A stretch of DNA of 64,000 nt from Leucoraja ocellata (lineage: Eukaryota): assembly GCA_036785375.1 (NCBI GenBank), contig JAWMAR010000034.1, positions 682,001 to 746,000 of the forward strand, read 5' to 3'. The notes below the pieces were generated by a model that was not told the DNA's origin, ran no database searches, and saw nothing but the letters and a program-made list of their open reading frames with translations. Position numbers and translations under genes: made by a program. This document shows, in pieces, positions 22,868-35,800 of the stretch (its first letter is position 1; each line of letters opens with the position of its first letter).

Positions 22868-24100
22868 GATGTTAGTAACCAGCGTCCAAACTGCAGAACC
22901 CGCTTACCAGCGTAACCAGTTTACGTCTGATAAGGGTCCCACCCGAAAATATATATTTTTTCTCCAGAGATACTGCCCGATCCACTGAGTTACGCCAGCA
23001 CTTCATGTCTATCTATCTACGACAGACATGCTGGCATTTCATTTAGAAAGCTGCGAGCTACCAAATCCCATTGCAACGGTGCCAAGGTATGCAATAGTCG
23101 ACACATAAAGGGTTTCTCCAAAGGGACATTTAACATGGAAGAGTTCAGCAAAGTGTTTAAAACTGTGATCAAATTGACCATGTTTGATCTGATAGAAACA
23201 TAGGTACAGACGTCGGCCATTCGGTCCTTCGAATCATTCAATGTGATCATCACTGACCAAAATCAGTACCCCGTTCCTGCTTTCTCCCCATATCCCTCGA
23301 TTCCGTTAGCCATAAGAGTTATATCTAATTTTAGACAGACCCACCACCATGATTACATCATTCATGGATGGATTTTATGGGGTTCAAATAAATGACTTTC
23401 ATTGTGGTGGGTCTGTCCTGGCAGTGGGTCGGTACATACCGAGAGAACTGAGGAAGAATCTGAAAGGTCTGATTCTATCAATGAAGCTCTGTCAAGTTTG
23501 TGATGATGGATCTGTGGCAACGCATTAACGGGGACATTATGAAGCGGGACTGTCTTTGTTATACAATAATCGGTCTGCAATGCCAAAACTAATATCACTT
23601 ACTTCAATGTTTGTGTCACATTATTTTACAAATGGTCCCAATTCTTGGCAATAAGGTGGCAAACTACATCTGCCCTGAAGTGCAGTACCCAGCACAGGGC
23701 ACAATCGCCCGATGTTCTCCACAGACGCTGCCTGGCCGCTGAGTTACCCCAGCACTTTGTGCAAACCGGTATTTGCAGTTCTTTGATTCTACACCAGCCC
23801 GGAGTTCAGCCGGACTCGTTCTGACTCGGTAACCGGCGAATTAACCGATGCCAGGCTCGTGTAGAAATACAGAGGGTCTCGACCCGAATCATCGCCTATC
23901 TCTTTACTCCAGAGATGCTACCTGACAAACTTGCTGTGTCCTTTCGCCCAGCTCACACCTCAGTCACAGGGCAACTGTTCCCCGAGTCGCAGTCAATAAG
24001 GAAACCAGAATAGAAATGTTCCCTTTATTCCACGCATTTTAAAAAACATTGCTTAGCATCTGCAATAAAATATGGCTCTTTGGACCAAGCATTCTTGAAA

Positions 24101-24281
24101 GTACACAAAAATGCTGGAGAAACTCAGCGGGTGCAGCAGCATCTATGGAGCGAAGGAAATAGGCAACGTTTCGTCCCGAAACGTTGCCTATTTCCTTCGC
24201 TCCATAGATGCTGTTGCACCCGCTGAGTTTCTCCAGCATTTTTGTATACCTTCGATTTTGCAGCATCTGCAGTTCCTTCTT
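24101..24281 (+). mobile_element. Penelope-like fold-back element
   Basis: Inverted arms of about 70 bp, a one-sided tail, and a perfect 14-bp TSD AAGCATTCTTGAAA at 24087-24100 and 24282-24295. Confidence 0.8.
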
Positions 24282-24299
24282 AAGCATTCTTGAAAACTG

Positions 24300-24500
24300 G
24301 ATGGGGAAGGTGGAGTGGGGAGGGAGGTAAGAGTTGAGGAGAGGAGAGGAGATGAGAGGGGGGGGGGGGGGAGCGGAGTAGAAGGGAGGGGAGAGCAGTG
24401 AGAGGAGATGATAGAAGAAGGGAGGGGTGGGGAGTAGAGTGGAGCGGGGCTGGGGGAGGGGAGAGAGAGGGGCAGGGAAAGGGGAGGGGTGGAGGGTGGA
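24300..24500 (+). repeat. Polypurine G/A-rich low-complexity tract
   Basis: Almost entirely G/A with many G-runs. It explains the Pro/Ser/Leu-rich spurious ORFs here. Confidence 0.85.
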
Positions 24501-26849
24501 GGTTTTGCGCGTGTGCATCGGGCGGTTCCCCGGAGCATTGGAGAGCTGGTGCCAGCAGCCGGTCCCGGAGCGCCCGGCACAGGGCGGCACAGGCCGTGTG
24601 CGCAGGGAATGGGTTAGAGACCAAGAACCGGGGAACCAGCGGCACTTAGTATTGAGTTAAAACTAAACTCTCAATTGCAAATAGTTTAATAGCGACAGAT
24701 ATTATACAAATTGCAATTGACACCTGCGGCATTTGCTGTTCTTATACAGCAAAACCGTAAGGCCAAGCTACTGGCATGCTCTACTTTGTAAGAAATATTT
24801 AAACTCAAAGCATGTATTTTGTCACGTAGCAACTGAAATTAAAAGACAGACCCGGGGACATGCAATCCGGCACAATATTGAAATATGTTTGCAGTTTCGA
24901 AAATAAAAATCATAATTTACAGAACATTAAAAAAAACATTTCTATATGCGTTGGGAAAATACTACTTAACAACTGTAGTTTGTGTTTTAAACCGTACAGT
25001 CTGTAAAGAAATCGGACTAACTATTGTTATCCTGGCGTGCATGTCGGGTTTTAAAAAGTGATTAATTTATAGCTCAGAGGTTTGCTCAGGTCCTGGTTAC
25101 AGCTTCATTCGCCAGAGTTGTGGATCTCACTCGTACATTTATGTCAAGGACTTGCTCCGAAATATTTTAGTTTGGCTTTAAGCGGCCTTACAACTAACTA
25201 ATAGCAAAAACATATCACCCACCGCCCCACAATGGAACAAAATGTCAATCTTTTCACAATTCAAGCCTTGCATAAAATTGTTTGGCCTCCTCCTTCAAAG
25301 CAAACTCCAAATTAACGCGAAAATAGGAATTTGCTGGCATTTGCTGTTGGTTCTGTTCACCCGCCAAACCCGAGTCTACATTCAACGATATGTATATATA
25401 TATTTGCAGCTAAAGCGAATTAACAGCCTGCCAAGTTGGTCGCTATTTTAGGGCAAAGCTTTATTACAAAATATATATTTGTAAATACTTGTTGTGGAGC
25501 ATTGACAGTAAATACTGATAAGTATAATTACTAAGATTAATTTTAATAAGGATACCATTAACATTCGGCTGTATTTGTGTCGGTCCACTTACTGAAGTTA
25601 AAGCATAGCAGTTTAATATTTCGTTTAATTAATTGCAAAATCCCCCCCCCCCCCGGTATAAACGTTTAGACATTGATCTTACCGAAAAGCAAGATTGTCG
25701 CGCCTATCACGAACACGAGGTTCCTGTAAAACTGCATCTTTCCGATCCCTTCGGAGAGGAAAAAAATCAAGACAATGAGTTTATTTTAAAAGACTCTGAT
25801 ATTCAATTTCGCAGACTAGTGTGATGCTCAGACTGTGACTTCTCCCGGGGTTGAGGAGGCGCTGTGTGCCACAGTACCCCCTTCAGATAAACAACAGGAA
25901 CCCGCGAGGCGTAGACACGAGGAACTGCAAATGCCGCTTCACACAAACCGTGAGGACTTGGTGAGTCGCGGTTCTACAACAGACGTCAAAATGGCAGTCG
26001 CATCTGACATTAACACTACATTCTTGAAGTTCAGATTCTTTTGAATTTAAGGCATCTTTAACGCATGCCACCAATACAGGCCAGACACAACGTGCTGGGG
26101 TTATTCAGCGGGTCAGGCAGCATCTCTGGTGAAAAAAGGATGTGTGCCCGGCACCCTTCATGCTGCCCGATCCACTGAATTACTCCAGCACTTTGTGTCA
26201 ATCTTTGGTATGAACCAGCATCTACAGTACTATGTTTCTACATCTCAGACACACGGTGTTCAATATTCTTGGCCTTACAGACAGCATAGAATCAGACAGC
26301 GTGGAAACAAGCCTTTCAGCCCAATTTATCCATGCTGAGCAAGGTGTCGAACTAAGTGGATATGGCTCAAACCATTTGCCAGCGTTTGAGCCATATCCCT
26401 TTAAACCTTTCATATTAATGTACCTGTCCAAATGACTTTCAAAATGTACTTGTGTCAACCACTTCCGCTCGTTCCACACAGTATCACTCTGGTGTGGAAA
26501 TGCGGCCCCTCAGACTCTTATTAAATCTTTCCCCTTTAAATCTACTCTTGATTCCACAACACCGGGTAAAAGGATGTGTGCCTTCAACTGTTCTATGCTC
26601 CTCATGATTGGATGCACCTCTGAAAGATCACCCCTCAGTCTCCTACCCTCCAAGGAATAAAGTCCCAGCCTGCCCAATCTCCCCCTTTTTACTCGGTCCC
26701 TTGACTCCTGGCAACATCTAAATATTTTCTACACTCTTTCCAGCTTCTTGGCATCTTTCCTGTGGTTCGCTGGGTGACCAAAGCTGAACACCAACACGGG
26801 GAGAGGCAAGAATGGAGGGATGTTTATCAAGGGCAGAAAAGCAGCTAGC

Positions 26850-26899
26850 TCCATAGATGCTGCTGCACCCGCTGAGTTTATCCAGCTTTTTTGTATACC
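26850..26899 (+). mobile_element. 50-bp Penelope-like arm fragment with TSD
   Basis: Family arm sequence flanked by a perfect 12-bp TSD AAAGCAGCTAGC (26838-26849 and 26900-26911). Confidence 0.75.
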
Positions 26900-27333
26900 A
26901 AAGCAGCTAGCACTGATTGGAAGGGGAGCTTTGAAGAATTCCACAACCTTGAGTTTGTCCTTGCCACACGTGTCCATGAGACTATTTCACAGTAAATTAT
27001 CCAGTCACACCTCACCGCCATCCCTGACCAACAATTAGCTGAAAGCACCACACACACCATGAGACTGTTTGACGTTCTCGGGAGCTTCACTGCAGAAGTG
27101 ATTAAAAATTGCTGGAAATGAAATTCAACGACATATTCACACCTTGATCTCTCGCAACTGGGAAGAGGGGATTCCAGGGATGTCAATGACCACATGAGCT
27201 TTGATGGTAATGGTGATTGGACGGTATTGTCTGCCACAAGGTAAGTCAGTGTAAGAGATCTTGTCAATTGCCTCCTCCTAGTGGCTAAAGATCGGTTCAC
27301 CAGTGGTAAGAACTGCAGGATGCTGCACTAATT

Positions 27334-27540
27334 GTTTAAGAAGGAACTGCAGATGCTGGAAAATCGAAGGTACACAAAAATGCTGGAGAAACTCAGCGGG
27401 TGCAGCAGCATCTATGGAGTGAAGGAAATAGGCAACGTTTCGGGACGAAACCCTTGGGTTTCGTCCCGAAACGTTGCCTATTTCCTTCGCTCCATAGATG
27501 CTGCTGCACTCGCTGAGTTTCTCCAGCATTTTTGTGTACC
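27334..27540 (-). mobile_element. Penelope-like fold-back element
   Basis: Near-perfect inverted arms of about 85 bp with a 2-nt loop, a 35-nt one-sided tail, and a perfect 13-bp TSD TGCTGCACTAATT (27321-27333 and 27541-27553). Confidence 0.82.
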
Positions 27541-27649
27541 TGCTGCACTAATTACTTGACATAGTGTTTAATGACCTCATTAAAGTTTTTCACTTGGTTG
27601 GTCGACAAGGACAGTTTGGCATCCTCATATTTAGCTGGCCACGGAAATT

Positions 27650-28560
27650 TCTCTTCAATTTAATCTGCTTTATCTCGGTTTGCAAGTCTTGATGGTAACG
27701 AATGGTTCCACAATAAACCCAATTTCACTGTAGAGTGGTGTTAGGCAAGGTTGCATCACTGTCCTAAAACTTTGGGTTGTAATTTCCTGCTACAATACTG
27801 CCCTTTGCCTCCAACAAGCTCGCTGGTGGAGAGAAACTAACCGACAGGACATTCAGGAAATCGTTCAACCTACTCACCTCCACTCATAGAGTCACACAAC
27901 ATGGAAACAGGCCATTCGGCCCAACTTGCCCAAACTCTAGCTCAGTTGTTGAGTTGCAATACGTAGACAACACTAGCACATGTGCATGTTCAGAGGCAAA
28001 GCTTCAAGTCGTAACTGATTCACTCACAGATCCAATTGAATGGATGAGCCATTCACTTAACCTCTACAGAATAAAGATCCTCTCTCAAACTGTCCCCTAT
28101 AGACAGAACATCACCTGACAATAAAGGTTCATGATGAGACCGTGGAAAATGTGGACCACTTCCCACCATCTTGAGAGCCATCTATCAACAAATACAGCCA
28201 GTAATCTGGACATCATCATCAGCGAGCTCCAGCACAATCTTCAGAGCACTTGCACAATCTTTGGCTATTGGAGTGTGTATGAAGATCAAGATCTCAAACT
28301 GGCAGAATGCTCATGGACTAAATGGCAGCAGTGATTCCCACTCTCCTACCCACTTATGAGATAGGACCAATTTTCAATGCTCATCCTAAAGCAATACTCC
28401 CTGGGCAAGATTGTCCAATCCACTGTAGGTGGGTAAGATAATCAGCATCAATGTACCCTACCCTTCCAGACCAATGCCCCAGTATTGAAACTATAATCAC
28501 ACTCAAAGCTGAGTCTGATGGGCTGGCCATTTCATTTGTCAGCTGAACATCATTCACATA
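27650..28560 (+). mobile_element. Old RTE-clade LINE remnant
   Basis: Degenerate GVRQGC-like segment near 27737, VVELQYVDN near 27945 and LENVDHF-like segment near 28140. Many disablements. Confidence 0.5.
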
Positions 28561-29660
28561 ACAGATACTCAACTCCAGATGAAATGTTCAAGTCTGATAA
28601 CAAAGCCTTCGTGAACATATATAACATTCTCATTTTCCAATAGGAACCCCTTCATTCTTCTAAGCTCCACAGACCCTAATGATCTCACCTTTCTTGATAG
28701 GACAATCCTCTCATCCCAGGGATTAGCCTGGTGAATTTCTTCCACATAACCTCTAACCCCATTTTGCCACACTACATAGAGATGGATAAGTTAATGTACT
28801 GGTTGTTATTGAAACCCTACTGTATGGAGCCAAGATTCAGACATACTCACAAAGCTTTCCCTGCTGACAAGCATTCACTTTCCAAGCTGAAACACCAAGT
28901 GCTGTATGACTGAGGTACCTGAGGGATGTAGCTTTATTACTACTCAGGATTACTCAGCTCCGATAGAAGTGAAAGCAAGGAAAACCAAGTACAAAAACAT
29001 AAAGGGCTTGCACTTATATGGCTCCTCAAAATGTCCTCAATCTCTTTACTTCAATTAAAAAAAGTACCTCAGGACTGTCGCCATTACTGTAATGTAGGAA
29101 ACGCAGCAGCAAGTTTGTATATTGCAAGGTTCACACACACAGGAACACATTAAGTGTTTATTTTAGTGATGCCTGTCAAGAGGTAAGTATTGGCCAGAGC
29201 GCTGGGGAGTAGGACCTGCCGTTCTTCAAAATAGTGAGGTTCAGTGGGGAAGGTAGAACAGGCCTGAGTCTGTTCCAAAAGAGGGTCACAACACTGTGAA
29301 CCTTCGGTATCCGAGTGGAGGTGTCAGCCTTGATTATGTGATCAAATGACCCCAGTTGTACGTTACACTCAGAGACACGTGTGATATTCACCAAACAGAA
29401 ATGCAGTGCACGGGGCTGTTATACAGTTTAAAGGCTTTGGCTTCGGCCAGCCCTGCTAATCTGGAACAAAGGAGCCCTGAATAGTCAACCAACACTGGCA
29501 CCTGATAGTCCCCTCTCTCTTTTTCTCTCTCTCTGGTGAGCCTGCAGTAAACTCGTTTACTCACTTGCACAACCACAATTAAATTGAGGCTCAGATATCG
29601 TTATTCCTTTCAAATTTAAACAATCCCCCATGGAGCACTTAAAGTATGGGTTGTGCAAAA

Positions 29661-29673
29661 GTGCCATAGCAAC
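29661..29673 (+). promoter_or_regulatory. RFX X-box upstream of the SAXO-like gene
   Basis: GTGCCATAGCAAC lies about 175 bp 5' of the ATG at 29847. X-boxes are typical of ciliary gene promoters. Confidence 0.65.
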
Positions 29674-29846
29674 AGGCATACACTGAAGAGATTGGCGTAT
29701 AATTAACCATGATCAAGGAACACTGACTGACCACAGCCAGGAGGACGTTCTTCCTGGACACGCTGTGGGACACTTTGAAAGGATTTTGCTCCGTTTCTGA
29801 GCAACATTTCTCAAGGAACATATTTCAGAAAGAAACGTTTATTGAA

Positions 29847-32800
29847 ATGGCTCTGAATTATTTGAGAAAGCTGGAAGACATGGAGTTCTCAGAGTTCTCG
29901 TGCCTGTGTGAGCTGTGTGATTGTGGGTAAGAGTGGCTCCAATATATAGGCAAGGTTAAATAGGTTAGTGTTTAACACGGCGCATTTTGTAATATTTTCA
30001 GTTCAGTCCAAAGCTTATCACAGCTGAGGGAACACTTCTGAACTGTAACCTCTGTTGTAATATTGTAATGTAGTACTATGATCAATCAGTACCGTGTGTT
30101 GAATCATGAATGAATTTGCAAGAAATATTATTACATTTAGATTTGCCACATTCCACTTTATTGTTTAAGTGTATCCATAAACAGTAAACCCCAATCCTTC
30201 CATTCTTCAGTCCCTCAAACCCCCCCCCCCCACCAAAAATAATTGTTACCCAAGCTCATCTTTTCTACCCCCACCTGAGCCTAGCATCTCAGCATTGTAC
30301 TTTCTTTTCCACCCCTTCATATACAATGCCACACCTTAAATCTCAACGCCATTCTATCTTGTACCAAACTCTACTCCTTCCACATTAACCTCACCTGCCT
30401 ACCACAGCCGCAGTTCTATCCTAAGCTGATACATTCTACTTATCACTGCAGTAACGTCACTATGTCCTTCTACCTGAACCCCCAACTCTACCTTCTGTTC
30501 CATTCCAAATTCTACCCTTCTATCGGAGCAACCAGTGGCTGGGGTCCAATGCCAACAAATAAAAATCACCCCTTGCCAGCAAAGTTCAACACCAGTATTT
30601 GCTCAGGTAGCTGGTCACTGATCACCACATCTCTGACATCACAATATCAGTGACATCTCAGAATAATTAGTCCCAAAGTAGGATAGGATTCATTGAGCCA
30701 GAGGTACAACTCTTGATCACTATCGATTTGTCCTGCTGGTGGTAAGTATTGTAACCATGATGTCCCATTTGGAATTCCTTGCCTATTCTCACACTTGAAT
30801 AAAGGTCTTTTGAATGAGGGTGTTGGGAGGTAACCAGTCAATTTCCTCAAGTTTGGAGGGGAAACATTTTAGAACATTAGCCATTGTAATTTTGAAGTTC
30901 TTTATTGGCCATTGAGCACTTTGAGGTATCAGTGGGGCATGACTGGTTTGACTTACAAGATCTCTATTATGAGCATTGCCTCAAGTTTGAATGAAATCCC
31001 TGGGCTATCATAATGCTTGCATCTTAATCCCATACTTCACCAGAAGTGTGGAAGTATTGTGCTTGGAATGATGGTGTTTCTTGCTGATTTAATGAGAACA
31101 TTGTGCTTCACTGAAGACATGACAAATAGGAGCTGCAGGTTACAGGTTATCCTTTGCAATGATGGAAATTGAAATTTGTGTTCTTCTGTTTGCAGACGGT
31201 CAGGTTTGGCAAGCATGCAAGTTTCTGTTAAACATTCCACTTTTTTAGGGACTCTCATTGGGTAGTGATAAGCACATCTCATTCCAATTGTTCCACATTG
31301 ATTAATATTGACAAGATGTGAGTGAATATAACTGCGAGAGACTGCACTTAAAGTAGGAACGTATGACATCATCTTCTTAGGACTTCACAAAGAATGATCA
31401 GAGTATCTAAATGCCAAGATGCTATTAACTGCAGAAGGGAGAGATTTAGGGGCACAAGTATACCATTATCCTAATTTTTAGTGACAATGTATAGAAACTC
31501 GGAGCTGTGGTGGCGGCAGCGACCACCCGCGGAGTTTGAACCGGCCCGTTCGCGGAGCACGGTTGAGCCGCGGGATTTACCATCACCCGGTGGGGTCACA
31601 ACATCTGGAGCCTGGATCGCCTCGGCGCAGAGGGAGAACAAAGAGGGAAGAGACAGAGACTTTAAGATTTTGCCTTCCATCACAGTGAGGAGGTGTTTGG
31701 TGAACTCACTGTGGTGGATGTTAAATTTGTGTTGATTGTGTGTTTTTATCATTTTTATTATATGTATGACTGCAGGGAAACGAAATTTCGTTCAGACCGA
31801 AAGGTCTGAATGACAAATAAATTCAATTCGACTTCATGATTCACAGTTCATATTAGAGAGGCAATAAAGTACTCAGTGTACTCTGCACAACTTTGCTGCT
31901 AAGATGAAGGTGGAAAAGAAGCAAAGAATATGAAAAGGAACAAATAGGTTAAGAAAAAATTGTGGCAGATGGTATACAATGTAAGAAATATGAGGTTATG
32001 CACTTTGAGAGTAAGAGTAGCAACACAGATTGTTGCATTGACAGAAGGGGACTATAACACACCGAGGGATGAGGGTGATGTCATCTGAAACTCATCTCAG
32101 CACGTAAATAGGAGAGAAAATGGAGAGGGACCTTTGTGGTAAAGGGCGTGGAGTATATAAAAGTAGGCAAATGTCTCTATAACTGATAAGGGTTGACAAT
32201 ATATAAAATGGCTGTTGTTGGTTGGTAACTAGTTTCACCTGGTTACAGCTCCCTGATGAATTCTTCCTTCTCCTCTCCTCTAGTCAACACAAATATCATC
32301 AGAATTGCAAGAAGAAGCAGTCAATTCAACGGCGCTCAGTAAGCACAGACTGGCTCCTAACCAACTACCAGTCGTCCTTCAGGCGACCTCTGAGTAAGAA
32401 TGTTCATTACACTGTACTATAGTTGCATATCTCCACGTTATCTTGATTAGGTGATATCTGCCTTCTCTCTTCTCTGCTCTGGTCTGACCCACAAACTGGA
32501 GATAAGACTCAAATATATTTCAGTCAAAGGGGCAGTACACATCATGTCTTAAAATTGGGTAGATTGTTAGTCTCAGATCCTCCAATGATTTCCATGCTCC
32601 CTAAATCCTTGTTTCCAGGGTTACATTTAATAAAGGAATACACCCTTTCCCATTTGCCACGCTGTATGCCAGGTCTAATATACACAAGGCACATATTACT
32701 TTTGCCCCTTTATACAACCAGGCTCAGGACTACATCTCTTAAGATGTACTGGGAGTATTCAACAATTAAGGATAATTTTCTTGGATACGACTGAGAGAAA

Positions 32801-35800
32801 AATCCCCCCAAAAATTGTAGAGATTTTGAAGAAAATTCTGTTTTGGGATTTTTTTCTTTGTAAGCAGGAAGTTCTATTTATGTTTAAAAATGTGATATTT
32901 TTGATAGATCTTTGCACAATATCTTTGTAAACACGATATGTGTTTAAGATAGTAAACCATGCCAATCAAAGGAGTGCAATCAAACAAAATTCGACACCAA
33001 GGAATGTAAAGGAACAGGCAACCAAAAGATTGGCCTAGGAGACAAGTTTAAGATGCATCTTAGTGAAAACAAGAGGGGTGCAGTGGTTTTTGGGAAATAT
33101 TAGGCAGTTGTAGACACAGCTAACAAGGATATTGCAATCAACATCCGAGATGTGCAAAAGATCCAGTTGAAAATATATAAATGCTTTGAAGTAGTTTGTG
33201 TTGTTTATAGGACACATTTGAAATTGTGCCAAAACAGCCAGAATTGAATCTTAATTTTTTTTAGTGTCCTCTCAGCAATATCAACAGAGTCTGTGTTTCT
33301 CTCTTCACAATTGCTATCCAATCAGCAGGATTGTTTCCAGTACTTTCTGGTTTTATTTTGGATTTCCAACCTGAGGATTTTTTTATTTTCATTATAGTAA
33401 TGCCTCATTTTACATTTTAAACCTAGTGTGCATCTTTTCTCTCATGAATTCACAAGGAGCAGAGACTCAATAATTCATTTTGAATTCCGTCTCAGATGTC
33501 CTGCCCCGCAGCAGCAAGAGGCCATTACGCACTCCGCCGCACCCCAACCCCCCAGCCATGCAAAGTGAAACCACACAACGCTCAGAATTTGGGCCGAGGG
33601 TCCCGAGAGAGCAGACAAAAGCTGGCAACAGGGTGAGTAGAGTGTGACTGCCATGTGCTGACATTCGTTGTGGTTATGTTGTTGCAATCCTGAGGAAGTG
33701 TCCAGTGCCACAGGAGAGTGGAATGGTCAAATTCTACACACAAGGCATAACAGCTGTAGCTTCACCAGTGCTTTCCACACTGTAATATAACAAACCAAGT
33801 TCTATACTCAATTCCCTGAATGGTGAAGGCCAAAATGCCAAAAGCCACCTTCACAATCCTATCTCCCTATCTATCTTTCATTGAACTATGGATATGACCT
33901 GGATTCTTCATTTCTACAACACTGCCCAGCCCAGGGCACTACTGTCCAGGCAGCATCTCTGGAGAGAAGGAATGAGTGATATTTCGGGTCATAGGGTCTC
34001 GACTCGAAACGTCACCCATTCCTTCTCTCCAGAAACGCTGAGTTACTCTCCAGCATTTTGTGTCTACCTTCGATTTAAACTAGCTTCTGCAGTTCTTTCT
34101 GACAAACTTTTCTTATTTCCTGTCTAGAAATGTGCAGGAAGTTAACGCCTAAAGGTTCACAGATATAGTGCACAGGCCACCTGTGAGTGAGTCCATTATA
34201 GGACAGTGGCTGTTCCATACCACTGAACAAATGAAGAGATCCCAAGTGATTTCAGGCTATAGAGCTGTAGGGATTTCAGTGGTAGAGCTGCTGCCTTATA
34301 ACAGCAGAGATCTGGGTTCGATCTTGAGCACGGGTGCAGTCTGTACGGAGTTTGTATGTTCTCCCTGTGACTAAAGATTTTCTCCAGGAGCTCCGGTTTC
34401 CTGCCACACCCCAAAGACGTACAGGTTTGTAGGTTAATTGACTTCGGTAAAAATTGTAAATTGTCCCTAGTGTGTAGGACAGTGTTAGTGTACGGGGTAA
34501 TCGCTGGTCGGCACAGACTCGGTTGGCCAAAGGGCCCGTTTACATGCTGTATCACTAAAGTCTAAAAGTTATCAGGAGCTGGTTCAGGATGATTGTATCC
34601 CTAGGTAAGGTTGTATCCCTAGGACTGGACCCAATCTTTTATCAACAACAGAACTTTATGTCCTGCTGTATCCACTGCATTGTGTGGGCTGATGATGGGG
34701 CTGGAATATAGGGCATCACTGGCAGAGTGCCTGAATGCCCAAAGCCCACTGCTAGTTTCCAGATGGACAGAGATGATGGAAAGCATCAGGAAGGTAAACG
34801 AGAGGCCAACATTGGGGGAAAGTTTATCTCCTTTAACTGGATTTCCCTTCCACTGACCATTTGAAATAAATCGGAGTGAAAATTTAAAAAAACTTCATGC
34901 TGAAAATACAAAATGAAGCAGAAAATGTCATAAAGGCTCAGCAGATCACGCAGCATCTGTGGAAGGAGAAATATTAGCTAACATTTGAGGTTGAAACCCC
35001 TTTGCCAGTGGTTGTAGATCCTATCTGAAAGATGCCTCACCTGCTGAGCATTCCCAGTATTTTCTATCTAGGATTCATGTCTGCCAATAATTATTGAATG
35101 CTAGGTTATAAATGGCACTCACTTCAAGACTCTACATTAATGATGAGCAAAAATGTCAATTTCTGTTCTTGTGCCTTGTTGATGGGTTATTTCACATTGA
35201 TAAGCCTCTGCAGGAACAACTTCACTCTAAATCTATACACACCAAGGGATTGACTCTAAAAGAACGTCCAGCGACAGTCCAGAAATGTCTCAAAGGTAGC
35301 CTACCGTCGAGTCGATCGAGTTCCAGAAGCAACACCAGCTGCAAGGGTTGGAAGTCTGAGCCTTCAGTGAGATCTGGAGAACGTTTGACTGCATCAGGTG
35401 AAGCTCCCTAATTTTCTGAGCCATTTCCTTTAGCTTTAAGTTGTTCGCTCCTTTCTTAATGGTGTTTTTGCACACCTCATGCTTTGTAATCAATATGATA
35501 TGAATGGAGAGGATAGCATCAGATGCAGGAGATGGGATAATAAGTCCAAAACTGAAAGGTGGGAAACTTTTAATGGAGGGGCATTCACAACCCTGGGATC
35601 TGCTTTATTTTCATTTACATTCATGACAGAGCAAAGGTTAGCTTATCTAAATTTCCCACTTAGAAAAGTGACCTGAGAGAAGGATACAAGGTGAATATGA
35701 AGAGGTTCTGACTGTTGTTAATTGAATTAGCAAGAAATTGGTAAATGGTGATTAATTCAGAGTGGCACATTGGTAGAGTTGCTTCCTTACAACGCCAGAG

